This document shows positions 1 through 8,030 of a stretch of DNA of 33,887 bases, piece after piece. Position 1 is the first letter of the stretch, and the number at the start of each line of letters is the position of its first letter. The DNA is taken from the IMG/VR virus record IMGVR_UViG_3300032290_000864, positions 1 through 33,887 of that record. One strand, given 5' to 3'. A program made the position numbers and the translations under genes. This stretch comes from a virus (taxonomy: Duplodnaviria; Caudoviricetes). The notes beneath the pieces were generated by a model that searched no databases, was not told the origin of the DNA, and saw nothing but the letters and a program-made list of their open reading frames with translations.

Positions 1-123
1 CGTCGTCCCCGGCACCGTGTACCGCGGTAGTACGTCGCTCATGCCGCCCCCATAATCCGCGCCACGATCACGCTAAAGGTTTTCTGCATCCGCTGGATGT
101 TCTCGACCGCCGTCGGCACCCAG
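1..123. repeat. 123-bp direct terminal repeat, left copy (circular assembly overlap)
   Basis: 1-123 is identical to 33765-33887, and genes read through the junction. Confidence 0.97.
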
Positions 124-428
124 AGTTGCACCCGCTCGTACTTCCGCGTGAACACGTTCCGGTGCCCGAGCTCCCAGTACAGCGCCTCAATAAACTTGGT
201 GCCCACGCTCGTCTCCCATCCTGTCCCCGACCGGAACGGCATCAGCTTCCGGATCGACTGCTTGACCTGCAACGTCGACCGAAACCGTCCCCCTTTATAG
301 TAGGACGACCCAAACGCCTTAACGATCTCGACCCGCAGATGGTTCGCCGCCGCGTCCAGCCCGAGCCGCGACGCCTCGTCATATCGACGGATCGCCGCGC
401 CGGACTTGTCGACGACGGTCACGCTCAT
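39..428 (-). CDS. HK97 gp10-like neck/tail-completion protein
   Basis: Basic 129-aa protein with G.F..TL and 'EALYWELGH' motifs; directly upstream of the tail terminator across the circular junction; ATG 428 overlaps the upstream stop (ATGA). Confidence 0.65.
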   Translation of the reverse strand: MSVTVVDKSGAAIRRYDEASRLGLDAAANHLRVEIVKAFGSSYYKGGRFRSTLQVKQSIRKLMPFRSGTGWETSVGTKFIEALYWELGHRNVFTRKYERVQLWVPTAVENIQRMQKTFSVIVARIMGAA

Positions 429-778
429 TGCGCCCACCGCGGCACCGACACCCGCATTGGCGTCACCGCCCGGTACGCCGCGTCCGTCCCGCCGCTCACA
501 ATCTGGTACACCACCGTCCCCGACAGCGCCGCCAACGGCGCCAACTGCGCCGCCGAAATCACGCGAAAGTACGTCCCCGACACGCCGGACGCCGCGAGCG
601 CCAAGCTCGTCAGCCCCGCAATCGGCGACGTGCCGTCCGCGTTTGCCGCAAACGACACCACCAAATTGCCGGCCGTATACGGCTCGTACGCGTTCGTCGT
701 CGCGTTGTACGTCTCGATCGCCTGGCGCGTCAAATGCGCGTTGGCCGGGTAAATCGGCTTCGTCGTTACGACCGTCAT
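425..778 (-). CDS. hypothetical beta-rich virion-associated protein (117 aa)
   Basis: GGAGGGGG Shine-Dalgarno (SD) before ATG 778 (MTVVTTKP...); translationally coupled to the next gene. Confidence 0.7.
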   Translation of the reverse strand: MTVVTTKPIYPANAHLTRQAIETYNATTNAYEPYTAGNLVVSFAANADGTSPIAGLTSLALAASGVSGTYFRVISAAQLAPLAALSGTVVYQIVSGGTDAAYRAVTPMRVSVPRWAQ

Positions 779-791
779 CGTCCCCCCTCCG

Positions 792-2075
792 TTACCAGTA
801 GCTTTCCGAAGTATCGCGCGACCCGAACTCCGGACCGCTTCCATCCATCCCGAGCACCAGCGGCCCGCTCAGATCGTCCGACGGCATCAACGGCCCGCTC
901 AGATCCCGACCGCGAAGCCGGACCCCCTGCAACGTCGCCACGATCAGTGTCGCATCCTGACCAGACAGCAGGAACGCGCCGACGCCGGCCGACAGTACCC
1001 GACCCCGACGGAACCCCGCATCCCGACCCGCTAGGACAAACGCGCCGCGCTCGAGCTGCGCCACCCGCGCCACCCGGAACGTCGCCACCTGCCCCGCCAG
1101 CAGAAACGCGCCGGCATCCGACGCCATGCGCAGCCCACGCCGGAACGTCGCCGCCTGCCCGTCCACCGCAAACGCGCCCGCGTCGCTAATCCCGCGGATC
1201 GACCGCCGCAGCGTCGCCGGCTGACCGCTGACCGCAAACGCGCCGGCATCCGCCGACATCCGCCGCGCGACATTGAGCCCCGCCGTCTGCCCATCAAGCA
1301 CAAACGTCCCGACGTCCGCCAAGATCCCGCGGAACTTCCGCAGGTCTGCCGCTTGCCCATCGAGCACAAACGCGCCCGCGTTTGACGCCATCCGCCGCGC
1401 AATGACCAGCCCGGCCGCCTGCCCATTGAGAACAAACGCGCCGAGGCCTGCGTTAAGATGATGGTTGCGGTAGAGATCCGCGGCTTGCCCGTCCACCACG
1501 AACGCGCCCGCACCCGCCGCCATGCGCCGCGCAATCCGGAACGTCGCCGGCTGGCCGGCCAGCAGGAACGCGCCGGGATCGGACGCCATCCGTCGAGCGA
1601 CCGCAAACGCCGCCGGCTGTCCGGCGAGCAGGAACGGCCCAACGCCCGACGCCATCCGCCGCGCAACCGCAAACGTTGCCGGCTGGCCGCCCAGCAGGAA
1701 CGCGCCCGCGTTAGCTGGCAGCGTATACGCAATCGCCGCCGTCGTCGTCTGCGCTCGTATGATCTGCGGCGCCCGCCGCATCGACGGCGCACGCTTCGGC
1801 ACGAACACGGGCCGGACGGACCCGCGCGCGACTAAACCCTGCGCGGCCGGCGTGACCGTGAGCGTCGCCGCTTGCCCGTCAAGCCCGAACGCGCCAACTC
1901 CGCCCGACATCGTGATTGCGACCGCCGTCGCCACAAACGCCGCCCGCACGATCTGCGTTGCGCCGCGCTGCGCTGGCGCGCTCGACTTCGGCACAAACAC
2001 CGGCCGAATGACGCCACGCGCCACCACGCCACTAACCGCCGCCGCGCCCGCCGAGAGCAGCGTTAAGAGCGACAC
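792..2075 (-). CDS. tandem-repeat protein (22-aa repeats), putative fibre scaffold
   Basis: 12 tandem copies plus 1 separated copy of RRMxxxxGAFxLxGQxAxF/L; abuts neighbouring genes. Confidence 0.75.
   Translation of the reverse strand: MSLLTLLSAGAAAVSGVVARGVIRPVFVPKSSAPAQRGATQIVRAAFVATAVAITMSGGVGAFGLDGQAATLTVTPAAQGLVARGSVRPVFVPKRAPSMRRAPQIIRAQTTTAAIAYTLPANAGAFLLGGQPATFAVARRMASGVGPFLLAGQPAAFAVARRMASDPGAFLLAGQPATFRIARRMAAGAGAFVVDGQAADLYRNHHLNAGLGAFVLNGQAAGLVIARRMASNAGAFVLDGQAADLRKFRGILADVGTFVLDGQTAGLNVARRMSADAGAFAVSGQPATLRRSIRGISDAGAFAVDGQAATFRRGLRMASDAGAFLLAGQVATFRVARVAQLERGAFVLAGRDAGFRRGRVLSAGVGAFLLSGQDATLIVATLQGVRLRGRDLSGPLMPSDDLSGPLVLGMDGSGPEFGSRDTSESYW
950..1730 (-). repeat. imperfect 66-bp (22-codon) tandem repeat array
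   Basis: Recurring + strand motif (CAGC)AGGAACGCGCC/AAACGCGCC at ~66-bp period; boundaries approximate. Confidence 0.85.
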
Positions 2076-3299
2076 TTACCGACGCGCCCCGGCAATGCGG
2101 TAACGGCCAAATGCTGGCGTGTTGCCAGCTGTTGCTGAAACGGCGCGCACCGCAAACAGATAAAGGAAGCCACCTGTGATGCTGCTGCCGGTCCACGACA
2201 TATTGGTAGACGTGCCCGTTGCTCTGCGAGTAGAGGATAGTGCAAAATATTGTGATGCTGGCGCCAACAACTGCGTGTTAATGCGCGCAGTTTGTCCTGA
2301 TTCCGTCGTACTAAACGTGTTTCCAATTACCGCGCCAAGATCAACAACCAGATCGTTCGTCGCGCTTGTCACCGCTGACGTCCACGGTCCCGTAAACGTT
2401 GTTCCGGTTGCAAGAGCACCGCGTTCCGGCGTTGTCTGATCTGCGTCGAACAGCGATAGCGCCATCAGCAATGGATTTGACCCAGTTGTCCCAACCGCGA
2501 CAACGTTTGCCGTGCCCACGTTTGGCGCAATCACTCGCCACACGCCGCCATCGCCTGACACGTCAGTCATCGCCTGACCATCTCGCGACACACTGGTGGC
2601 AGCATTATCCGTATAGAAGTAGAGCACGCGATTACTGTTAGCAGCAACCGTGACCGACAACGTGCTTGCTCCGGCAACCACTGTCACAAACGCCGCATCA
2701 ACTTTCGGACCATTTTGTGCAGGGATCAACGCCACCGCAATCTGCGCTTGTCTCTGCCCTGAACCGTTGGTCGTCCAGCTGAACGTTGTCGTCGTACCGG
2801 ACGCAGTTTGACGAGACGCCGCGTACATCTTCGGCGTGACGGCAAACGTCGTTGATAGAATGAGCGTCTGCGATCCACCCGCCGTCGCCGTGGCGTTTTC
2901 TTGGATGACGATGAAATCGGAACACAAATCATCAGCGACCGACGTTACGCCGAGTGAAAACGATGTGGCATAGTTTCCGCCCGCCGTTGCACTTCCTCGC
3001 ACTGAATCAATGCCATCGTAATACTCAAGTGTTGCCTGACCATACGTTGCGGCAGAACTGTATGCGAGGGCTAACGACCCAATTGCTGGCGATACCCTTG
3101 AATAGACGCCAACAGCTAGAGAGTCTCCGTTATCCCTCGTTGCAACCGTTGTGACAGCCGTCCCCCCAAGCGTCACAGACGTAGGCGCCGTTCCTGTGGA
3201 AACGGCCAGCTTCACCAGCAAAAACGTGCAACCGGCCGGCACCGTAAACGTGCCGCCGCCGCCGCTGACATCAAGTGTCTCTGCACTCAGATAGCCCAT
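2076..3299 (-). CDS. Thr/Ser/Gly-rich beta protein with two internally duplicated domains, putative fibre tip/adhesin
   Basis: Halves share motifs (VTSVADDLCSD vs VTSATNDLVVD; ASGTTTTFSWT vs ATGTSTNMSWT); lower GC than the flanks. Confidence 0.65.
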   Translation of the reverse strand: MGYLSAETLDVSGGGGTFTVPAGCTFLLVKLAVSTGTAPTSVTLGGTAVTTVATRDNGDSLAVGVYSRVSPAIGSLALAYSSAATYGQATLEYYDGIDSVRGSATAGGNYATSFSLGVTSVADDLCSDFIVIQENATATAGGSQTLILSTTFAVTPKMYAASRQTASGTTTTFSWTTNGSGQRQAQIAVALIPAQNGPKVDAAFVTVVAGASTLSVTVAANSNRVLYFYTDNAATSVSRDGQAMTDVSGDGGVWRVIAPNVGTANVVAVGTTGSNPLLMALSLFDADQTTPERGALATGTTFTGPWTSAVTSATNDLVVDLGAVIGNTFSTTESGQTARINTQLLAPASQYFALSSTRRATGTSTNMSWTGSSITGGFLYLFAVRAVSATAGNTPAFGRYRIAGARR

Positions 3300-4438
3300 T
3301 AAGCGGCACTCTCGTAGTAAAGTTGCGCGATCTGCACAGTCTGATTGACCGGCGGTTGAGTGCCACCACCAAACGTCGGATCAAACCAAAAGTTAGTAAA
3401 CCCTGGTGTCATCAGCGAGCCGAAGAACGCTACCGTGCTCGAGTTAATCACTTGGATGCCGTCTACCCACACTTGCGCGATACCGTCCGCGTTGCCTGCC
3501 GTGCCTGCTTGCAGGATCACTTCGAGGTCGTGCCACTCCCCGTGATTAAACGTCTGCGACGGACTGATAATATTGCTAAACCCCCATCCTGTTGACTGAA
3601 GGTTGACCGAAGTACTGACCTTATCCGTCGCCCCAATAGTCATGTTGACGTAATGGTTGGTCGTTTGACCTGACGCAGACGCTTGCGAAAAGAAGATCAG
3701 TTTCGTGCCAGCGTTGCCGTTGTCCGTCCAATCCGACGATGTCTTGAATCCCATGCGGAAATACAAGCGTGTCGGAACGCCGGTAAAGCTACCAAAGCTG
3801 CCTCGCGCAGGAGCTTGACCCCCTTGCATTCCAACATAGACAGTCGCGCTCCCCGTCATTGTTGCCGTTGCTTTGACGCGGACGTACGCGTATGCGCTTT
3901 TTGTTGCCGCAGAATCAGCAAGCCAATACGCATTGGCGGTCGTGCTGCTGACTGAGGTCATTGACACCGGGTTGTACATACTCAGCGCCGTCCATGTCGT
4001 GCCGTCTGTGCTGTTCTCAAAGCTCAGCGTGCCCGTCCATGTCCCCGTAATTTTGACCGCTATGTTCGTGTACTGGTTTGACGCCCACGGCCACGCCGTC
4101 GTACTCTGCCCGTTGGTCGTGATACTTTCGACCTGACCCGGATACTGCAACTGAAACACCTGCTGCGTCCCCAATGGCGTGACCACTGTAGGGTAGGTGA
4201 CACGCGTCGGCAGCCATGTCTCGCTGTACGCGTTCGGAAAGCCTTGAAAGCCTTGGAAACCTTGAGCCGTCGCCGCTGTGGGATAGACGGGAAGCACCGT
4301 CGCAAACTGCTGCGTCGGATACGTCGTCTTTCCACTCCACGTCGGCGCATTGGCGCCAGCGCCTACAGTCCACCCAGACGGAGGCGGTGGAGGCGCTGTG
4401 CCTGCGGGCCTTGGCTTCCCCATCACAACGCGGCGCAA
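3299..4438 (-). CDS. polysaccharide-lyase-like / ConA-type beta-jelly-roll protein (start may be ATG 4423)
   Basis: LYFRMGFK...W....GTKL, GEWHDLEV...GNADGIAQVWVDG and FWFDPTFGGG resemble PL14-like jelly-roll motifs; N-terminal polyproline linker. Confidence 0.55.
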   Translation of the reverse strand: MRRVVMGKPRPAGTAPPPPPSGWTVGAGANAPTWSGKTTYPTQQFATVLPVYPTAATAQGFQGFQGFPNAYSETWLPTRVTYPTVVTPLGTQQVFQLQYPGQVESITTNGQSTTAWPWASNQYTNIAVKITGTWTGTLSFENSTDGTTWTALSMYNPVSMTSVSSTTANAYWLADSAATKSAYAYVRVKATATMTGSATVYVGMQGGQAPARGSFGSFTGVPTRLYFRMGFKTSSDWTDNGNAGTKLIFFSQASASGQTTNHYVNMTIGATDKVSTSVNLQSTGWGFSNIISPSQTFNHGEWHDLEVILQAGTAGNADGIAQVWVDGIQVINSSTVAFFGSLMTPGFTNFWFDPTFGGGTQPPVNQTVQIAQLYYESAA

Positions 4439-4897
4439 TTATTCCTCGTACGTCAGCGTGCAGCGGACGTTGCTCAACGCCTGCTGGCTGGTCAGTCGCA
4501 CGCCAAGCAGCTTGTTGGTCGCGCCCGCCATCGGCTGCGACGCGAAATCGAACGGCTCGATCAGCGTGCCGCCGACCGGCGTAATGCGCTTCTCGTCGAC
4601 CACCGTAAACGCGGTCGCTTCGGCGCTGTAGTTCACAAAGCCGCTGCACAGTGCCGCCGTCTCCGCAGAGTCGATCGGCACCGGCGTGCGGGCGGTCGCC
4701 GTACCGGCCGCCGTGCCGTCCGACCGCACGATCTCAACTAGCACGCTGCCGTCGGTCGCGGTCACGCTGTCAAAGCTGACCGACACGCCGACCAGCTTGG
4801 CGCGACGGGTTGCCGGCGTGCTCACGGCTGCAATCGTCTTGGCCGTGCTGGCGACCAGCGAAACGTTGGTTTGGGTCGTAATGGTATATCGTGGCAT
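4439..4897 (-). CDS. hypothetical beta-sandwich virion protein (152 aa)
   Basis: Clean ORF, Thr/Ala/Val-rich, tightly packed between neighbours. Confidence 0.7.
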   Translation of the reverse strand: MPRYTITTQTNVSLVASTAKTIAAVSTPATRRAKLVGVSVSFDSVTATDGSVLVEIVRSDGTAAGTATARTPVPIDSAETAALCSGFVNYSAEATAFTVVDEKRITPVGGTLIEPFDFASQPMAGATNKLLGVRLTSQQALSNVRCTLTYEE

Positions 4898-4908
4898 CGT
4901 CTGTCCGG

Positions 4909-5073
4909 CTAAGCGTTAGGGCGCGCCCACCAGACGCACCAGGGAGTCCCGATTGGTCCATCTTCCACAATTGACAGCTCGAGCACCGGAACGCCAGTAA
5001 ACACGCCGCTGTCAATCGCGGACTGCGCGTCGGCTTCCGTCTCGTATGCGCCCATCACGATATTGTCAGTCAT
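4909..5073 (-). CDS. small hypothetical protein (54 aa), not in the ORF track
   Basis: Hand-translated MTDNIVMGAYETEADAQSAIDSGVFTGVPVLELSIVEDGPIGTPWCVWWARPNA*; fills the gap between two genes. Confidence 0.6.
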   Translation of the reverse strand: MTDNIVMGAYETEADAQSAIDSGVFTGVPVLELSIVEDGPIGTPWCVWWARPNA

Positions 5074-5076
5074 CCG

Positions 5077-5682
5077 TCACCCGTAGTATGCGTTCTGCCC
5101 TACGATCTCAAACGGCGATACGTCCTGTATGTCGTCTGTGCAAAAGTTTTCCGTAAACGTCAGAAAATTGTCGCCGCTTGCCGCCGCCGCCGCGCCGTTG
5201 TAGTGCATCGTCACCGTGCCGGCGCCCATCGTGCCCACGTTGATGAGCGACACGGTGACGCGTATCCGCTCGCCCGCCGTAAACGCCGTCGACGTCGGCG
5301 TGAGGGCGGCGGTGCGGGCGGTTTCGGCGGTCGTCAGCTCGGCGCCAATAACCTGCCGCGCAATGACCGTCGACTGCGCCACCCCTGCGTTGTTCGCCCG
5401 CTCGACCAGCAACGCAAACCCCGAGTTGACGCCGTTCGCCGACTCGAGCCCTCGGAGGTTTGGCGTTACCGTCCCGCTAATGGTGACGCCCGACGTCAAC
5501 GGTTCTGAAAAGAACGTCAACGCCTGCCCACCGGCCGTTGCCGTCACTTGAATATTCGTTCCGCTTGCCGTCGACGTGGTTACGGCTGTCGTCACCGCGT
5601 TCCCACGCCGTTGCCCCATCGAAAACTGCCCAGCGCCACCAAGCGTTGAGGCAATGTTGCGGAGAAAGAACGTGGTCGCCAT
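5077..5682 (-). CDS. hypothetical Thr/Ala/Gly-rich virion protein (201 aa)
   Basis: Clean ORF abutting the upstream stop; beta-rich composition. Confidence 0.7.
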   Translation of the reverse strand: MATTFFLRNIASTLGGAGQFSMGQRRGNAVTTAVTTSTASGTNIQVTATAGGQALTFFSEPLTSGVTISGTVTPNLRGLESANGVNSGFALLVERANNAGVAQSTVIARQVIGAELTTAETARTAALTPTSTAFTAGERIRVTVSLINVGTMGAGTVTMHYNGAAAAASGDNFLTFTENFCTDDIQDVSPFEIVGQNAYYG

Positions 5683-6345
5683 CTAGATCTCGTATCCGTA
5701 AACCGTGAGCGTGATCGACTGCGCGTTCGTCGTCGTCAATCGCAACACAAAATCCGCCGTCCCACGGATTGGCGTCGGGAACGTCGCGTAGACGCCAGGC
5801 TTGTTCGTCCCCGACGGCGCGAACTCGCCATCAAACAGCGGCGCGTCGGTGCCTCGCGTATAGGTGGCGTCGGCCGTGCCACCAAACCAGACCTGCGCCG
5901 TACCCGCCGTCGTGCCAAACGACTGAATTTGCATCGACGTGACGATTACCGCCTTGCCCGCCGCTGGCGTCCAGACCGCAAAGCCCGTCTGCGCCGCCGC
6001 AAACGTGACACACTTAAACGTCGCGACGTTCCCGCGGACCCGATCCCACGTTGCCCCGTTATAGCCCATACTGCGGGACAACGTCTGCAACCCGTTCACC
6101 GTGTTCGTTTCGCTGTCCGCTGGCGCCGTGTCAACGGCCACGGCGTTCGTGCCGTCACCGATCTGTACGTTGCCCTGCACCCGCGTCACGTCAACCTTCA
6201 TCCCGTTCGTGCCGTCGCCCGGCGCATCGACGGCCGTGCCGTCGGCGCCGAGCGAGATCTTCACGCGCTGGTGCAGCACGCCAGAGATGTCGTCGGCGGC
6301 CACCGTAGCCCCGACGCCGGGCGTATAGCCTACGTTATCCGCCAT
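5683..6345 (-). CDS. hypothetical virion protein (220 aa), fibre-like N-terminus with 'GYNGATWDRVRG' motif and beta-sandwich C-terminus
   Basis: GAGG SD before ATG; composition typical of phage fibre/decoration proteins. Confidence 0.65.
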   Translation of the reverse strand: MADNVGYTPGVGATVAADDISGVLHQRVKISLGADGTAVDAPGDGTNGMKVDVTRVQGNVQIGDGTNAVAVDTAPADSETNTVNGLQTLSRSMGYNGATWDRVRGNVATFKCVTFAAAQTGFAVWTPAAGKAVIVTSMQIQSFGTTAGTAQVWFGGTADATYTRGTDAPLFDGEFAPSGTNKPGVYATFPTPIRGTADFVLRLTTTNAQSITLTVYGYEI

Positions 6346-6354
6346 AGATCAGCC

Positions 6355-6777
6355 TCAGGTAATGGTAAGCACGCCGGTCGTCGGATCGAAGTCGACCGTG
6401 AACGAATCGTTATTCGTCAACGTGACCGTCGAGCCGTAATCCCACCAGCCGATCAAGTTCTTAGACGCCGCCGTATCGTTGTACAGGACGGCGTATCTGA
6501 ACGCCGCGAACGAGTTACTGGTCGCCACCCACGTCGCCGGATCAGCCAGCACCAGCTTGTAGACGCCGGCCGTTTGCGACGACGTCGTTTGCGCTGCCAC
6601 GTTCCCGCCAGCCGTGTACCCGTGACCGGCCGCAATCTCCGTGATGTCCGCAAACACGCTATTGGCCTGCGCCGGCGCGACGTTTGACAACGCGACCTTG
6701 AGCGAGTCCGACGCCAGATTGTGCACCTTTTCCGCGACCGCTTCGACGAACGGAAAGAACTTATTAAACGTCGCCAT
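6355..6777 (-). CDS. small phage structural protein (140 aa), putative fibre subunit
   Basis: Pattern LKVAL...EI..G.GYTAGG...A.P.TW.A...FRYAVLYNDT...LIGWWDYG recalls small beta-sandwich phage fibre proteins; GGGG SD. Confidence 0.6.
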   Translation of the reverse strand: MATFNKFFPFVEAVAEKVHNLASDSLKVALSNVAPAQANSVFADITEIAAGHGYTAGGNVAAQTTSSQTAGVYKLVLADPATWVATSNSFAAFRYAVLYNDTAASKNLIGWWDYGSTVTLTNNDSFTVDFDPTTGVLTIT

Positions 6778-7060
6778 CTCGCATCCCCTTGTTATGTATG
6801 TGACCCGCTTCCGTCGCCGGCTGGCCGTCCATGTCGCGCAGCACCGTCGACAACATCCCCAGCACTTCGCCCGCGTCCGCGCCCGACAACGTCATTTTAT
6901 ACCCGCGCCGGTCCGACCACTCCACGCATACCCCGTCGCCACCGCACCCGACGACATACGACACCACCCCGTCCCACCGTTCCGCCAGGACCGCCGCCCG
7001 CGCCCGATCGGACGCCGACCAGACCATCCGCCGCGGATCTCGCCCGATCGACTCCGTCAC
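6764..7060 (-). CDS. hypothetical protein (98 aa)
   Basis: GTGA overlap with the upstream gene; fills the gap. Confidence 0.5.
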   Translation of the reverse strand: MTESIGRDPRRMVWSASDRARAAVLAERWDGVVSYVVGCGGDGVCVEWSDRRGYKMTLSGADAGEVLGMLSTVLRDMDGQPATEAGHIHNKGMRDGDV

Positions 7061-7473
7061 GGCACCACGACCGGCGACGTGACCAAATGCACCCCGTCCT
7101 CGACCGCGTTTTCGTCAAACAGCGCGAACGACGCGTACGCCGTCGGGTCGATCCGCTCGAGCGTCACCCGCTGCTGCCGCAATGACCGTTGCAGATACAC
7201 TCCTCGGACAAAATACAGCGGACCCGCCCCGTCTCGGATGATGCCGTTGACAGGTACCGGCACGTAATCCATGACCGTCGCGACCGCGTCGGCTCGCAGC
7301 TCCATGTGCGCCTGCGGCGCCAGCGGGATCTCTTGCGCCGCGCTCGTATCGTCCAGTCGGCCCCACCATTCGCCCGTAAATCCGTACGTCGGCCGCTGGA
7401 ACCCATCCGCGCCGCTATCCTGACGCGCGTACAACAGTAGGCGCCGATCCAGTAGACCCGGCGCGACCGTCAT
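7057..7473 (-). CDS. head-closure protein (SPP1 gp16 / HK97 gp7-like), 138 aa
   Basis: True start is ATG 7473 (ATGA overlap); 'PGLLDRRLLL...DGFQRPTY...EWWG' pattern; follows the connector gene. Confidence 0.65.
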   Translation of the reverse strand: MTVAPGLLDRRLLLYARQDSGADGFQRPTYGFTGEWWGRLDDTSAAQEIPLAPQAHMELRADAVATVMDYVPVPVNGIIRDGAGPLYFVRGVYLQRSLRQQRVTLERIDPTAYASFALFDENAVEDGVHLVTSPVVVP

Positions 7474-8030
7474 TGCGCGACCCCGAGCTTCAACTGTCGC
7501 AGCGTTTTCATCACGCGCGCCACCGTCTCCCGGCTCGCATCCCACTGGATCGTCGTGCCGCCCGCGTTCTCCGACGCTGCGCCTGGCGTCCGTCTCTGGT
7601 ACAGATCGGCCGCGAGATCGAGAATTGCTTCGTTTAGCATCGGCTCGAGCGCCGCGTAATCTGACCGCAGCGTTAACCCGACGTTCGCCGTCAGCACATA
7701 CGGACCGCTCGGAAACGCGATCCCGTATTTGGCGTACACCATCCCCGACCGCACATCGACCGTGTAATCGCCGACCGGGACCGTCGCGCTTTCCGCGTCG
7801 ACCACCGACGTCACCTGCGCCGGCCGCCGCGGGAACACCAGCGACTTGACCAGAATGTCGAGCGATTCGGCCCGATCGACCGCCGTCTGGATGGTCGCCG
7901 TGATCGGCGTATCGGTCCACATCTCGAGCATCGACTTGGCGCGCGCCATAATCAACGCTAGGAGCGCGTCCTCCGCGACCGACTCGATGCGTAAATAGCT
8001 TTTGAGATCCGCCACCGTCGCCAGCGCCAT
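7470..8030 (-). CDS. head-tail connector (HK97 gp6 / SPP1 gp15-like, long form)
   Basis: 'LATVADLKSYLRI...EDALL..I..A' N-terminus and 'AIL.LAADLYQRR' C-terminus. Confidence 0.85.
   Translation of the reverse strand: MALATVADLKSYLRIESVAEDALLALIMARAKSMLEMWTDTPITATIQTAVDRAESLDILVKSLVFPRRPAQVTSVVDAESATVPVGDYTVDVRSGMVYAKYGIAFPSGPYVLTANVGLTLRSDYAALEPMLNEAILDLAADLYQRRTPGAASENAGGTTIQWDASRETVARVMKTLRQLKLGVAQ

Noticed and set aside
1-123. Terminal repeat as a biological DTR or att site
   Set aside because: It cuts through two coding genes and is an exact copy, which fits an assembler overlap of a circular or permuted genome; read data would be needed to claim physical ends
950-1730. 66-bp periodic repeats as a CRISPR array
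   Set aside because: The repeats are degenerate at codon third positions, keep frame and have no unique spacers; no cas genes are present
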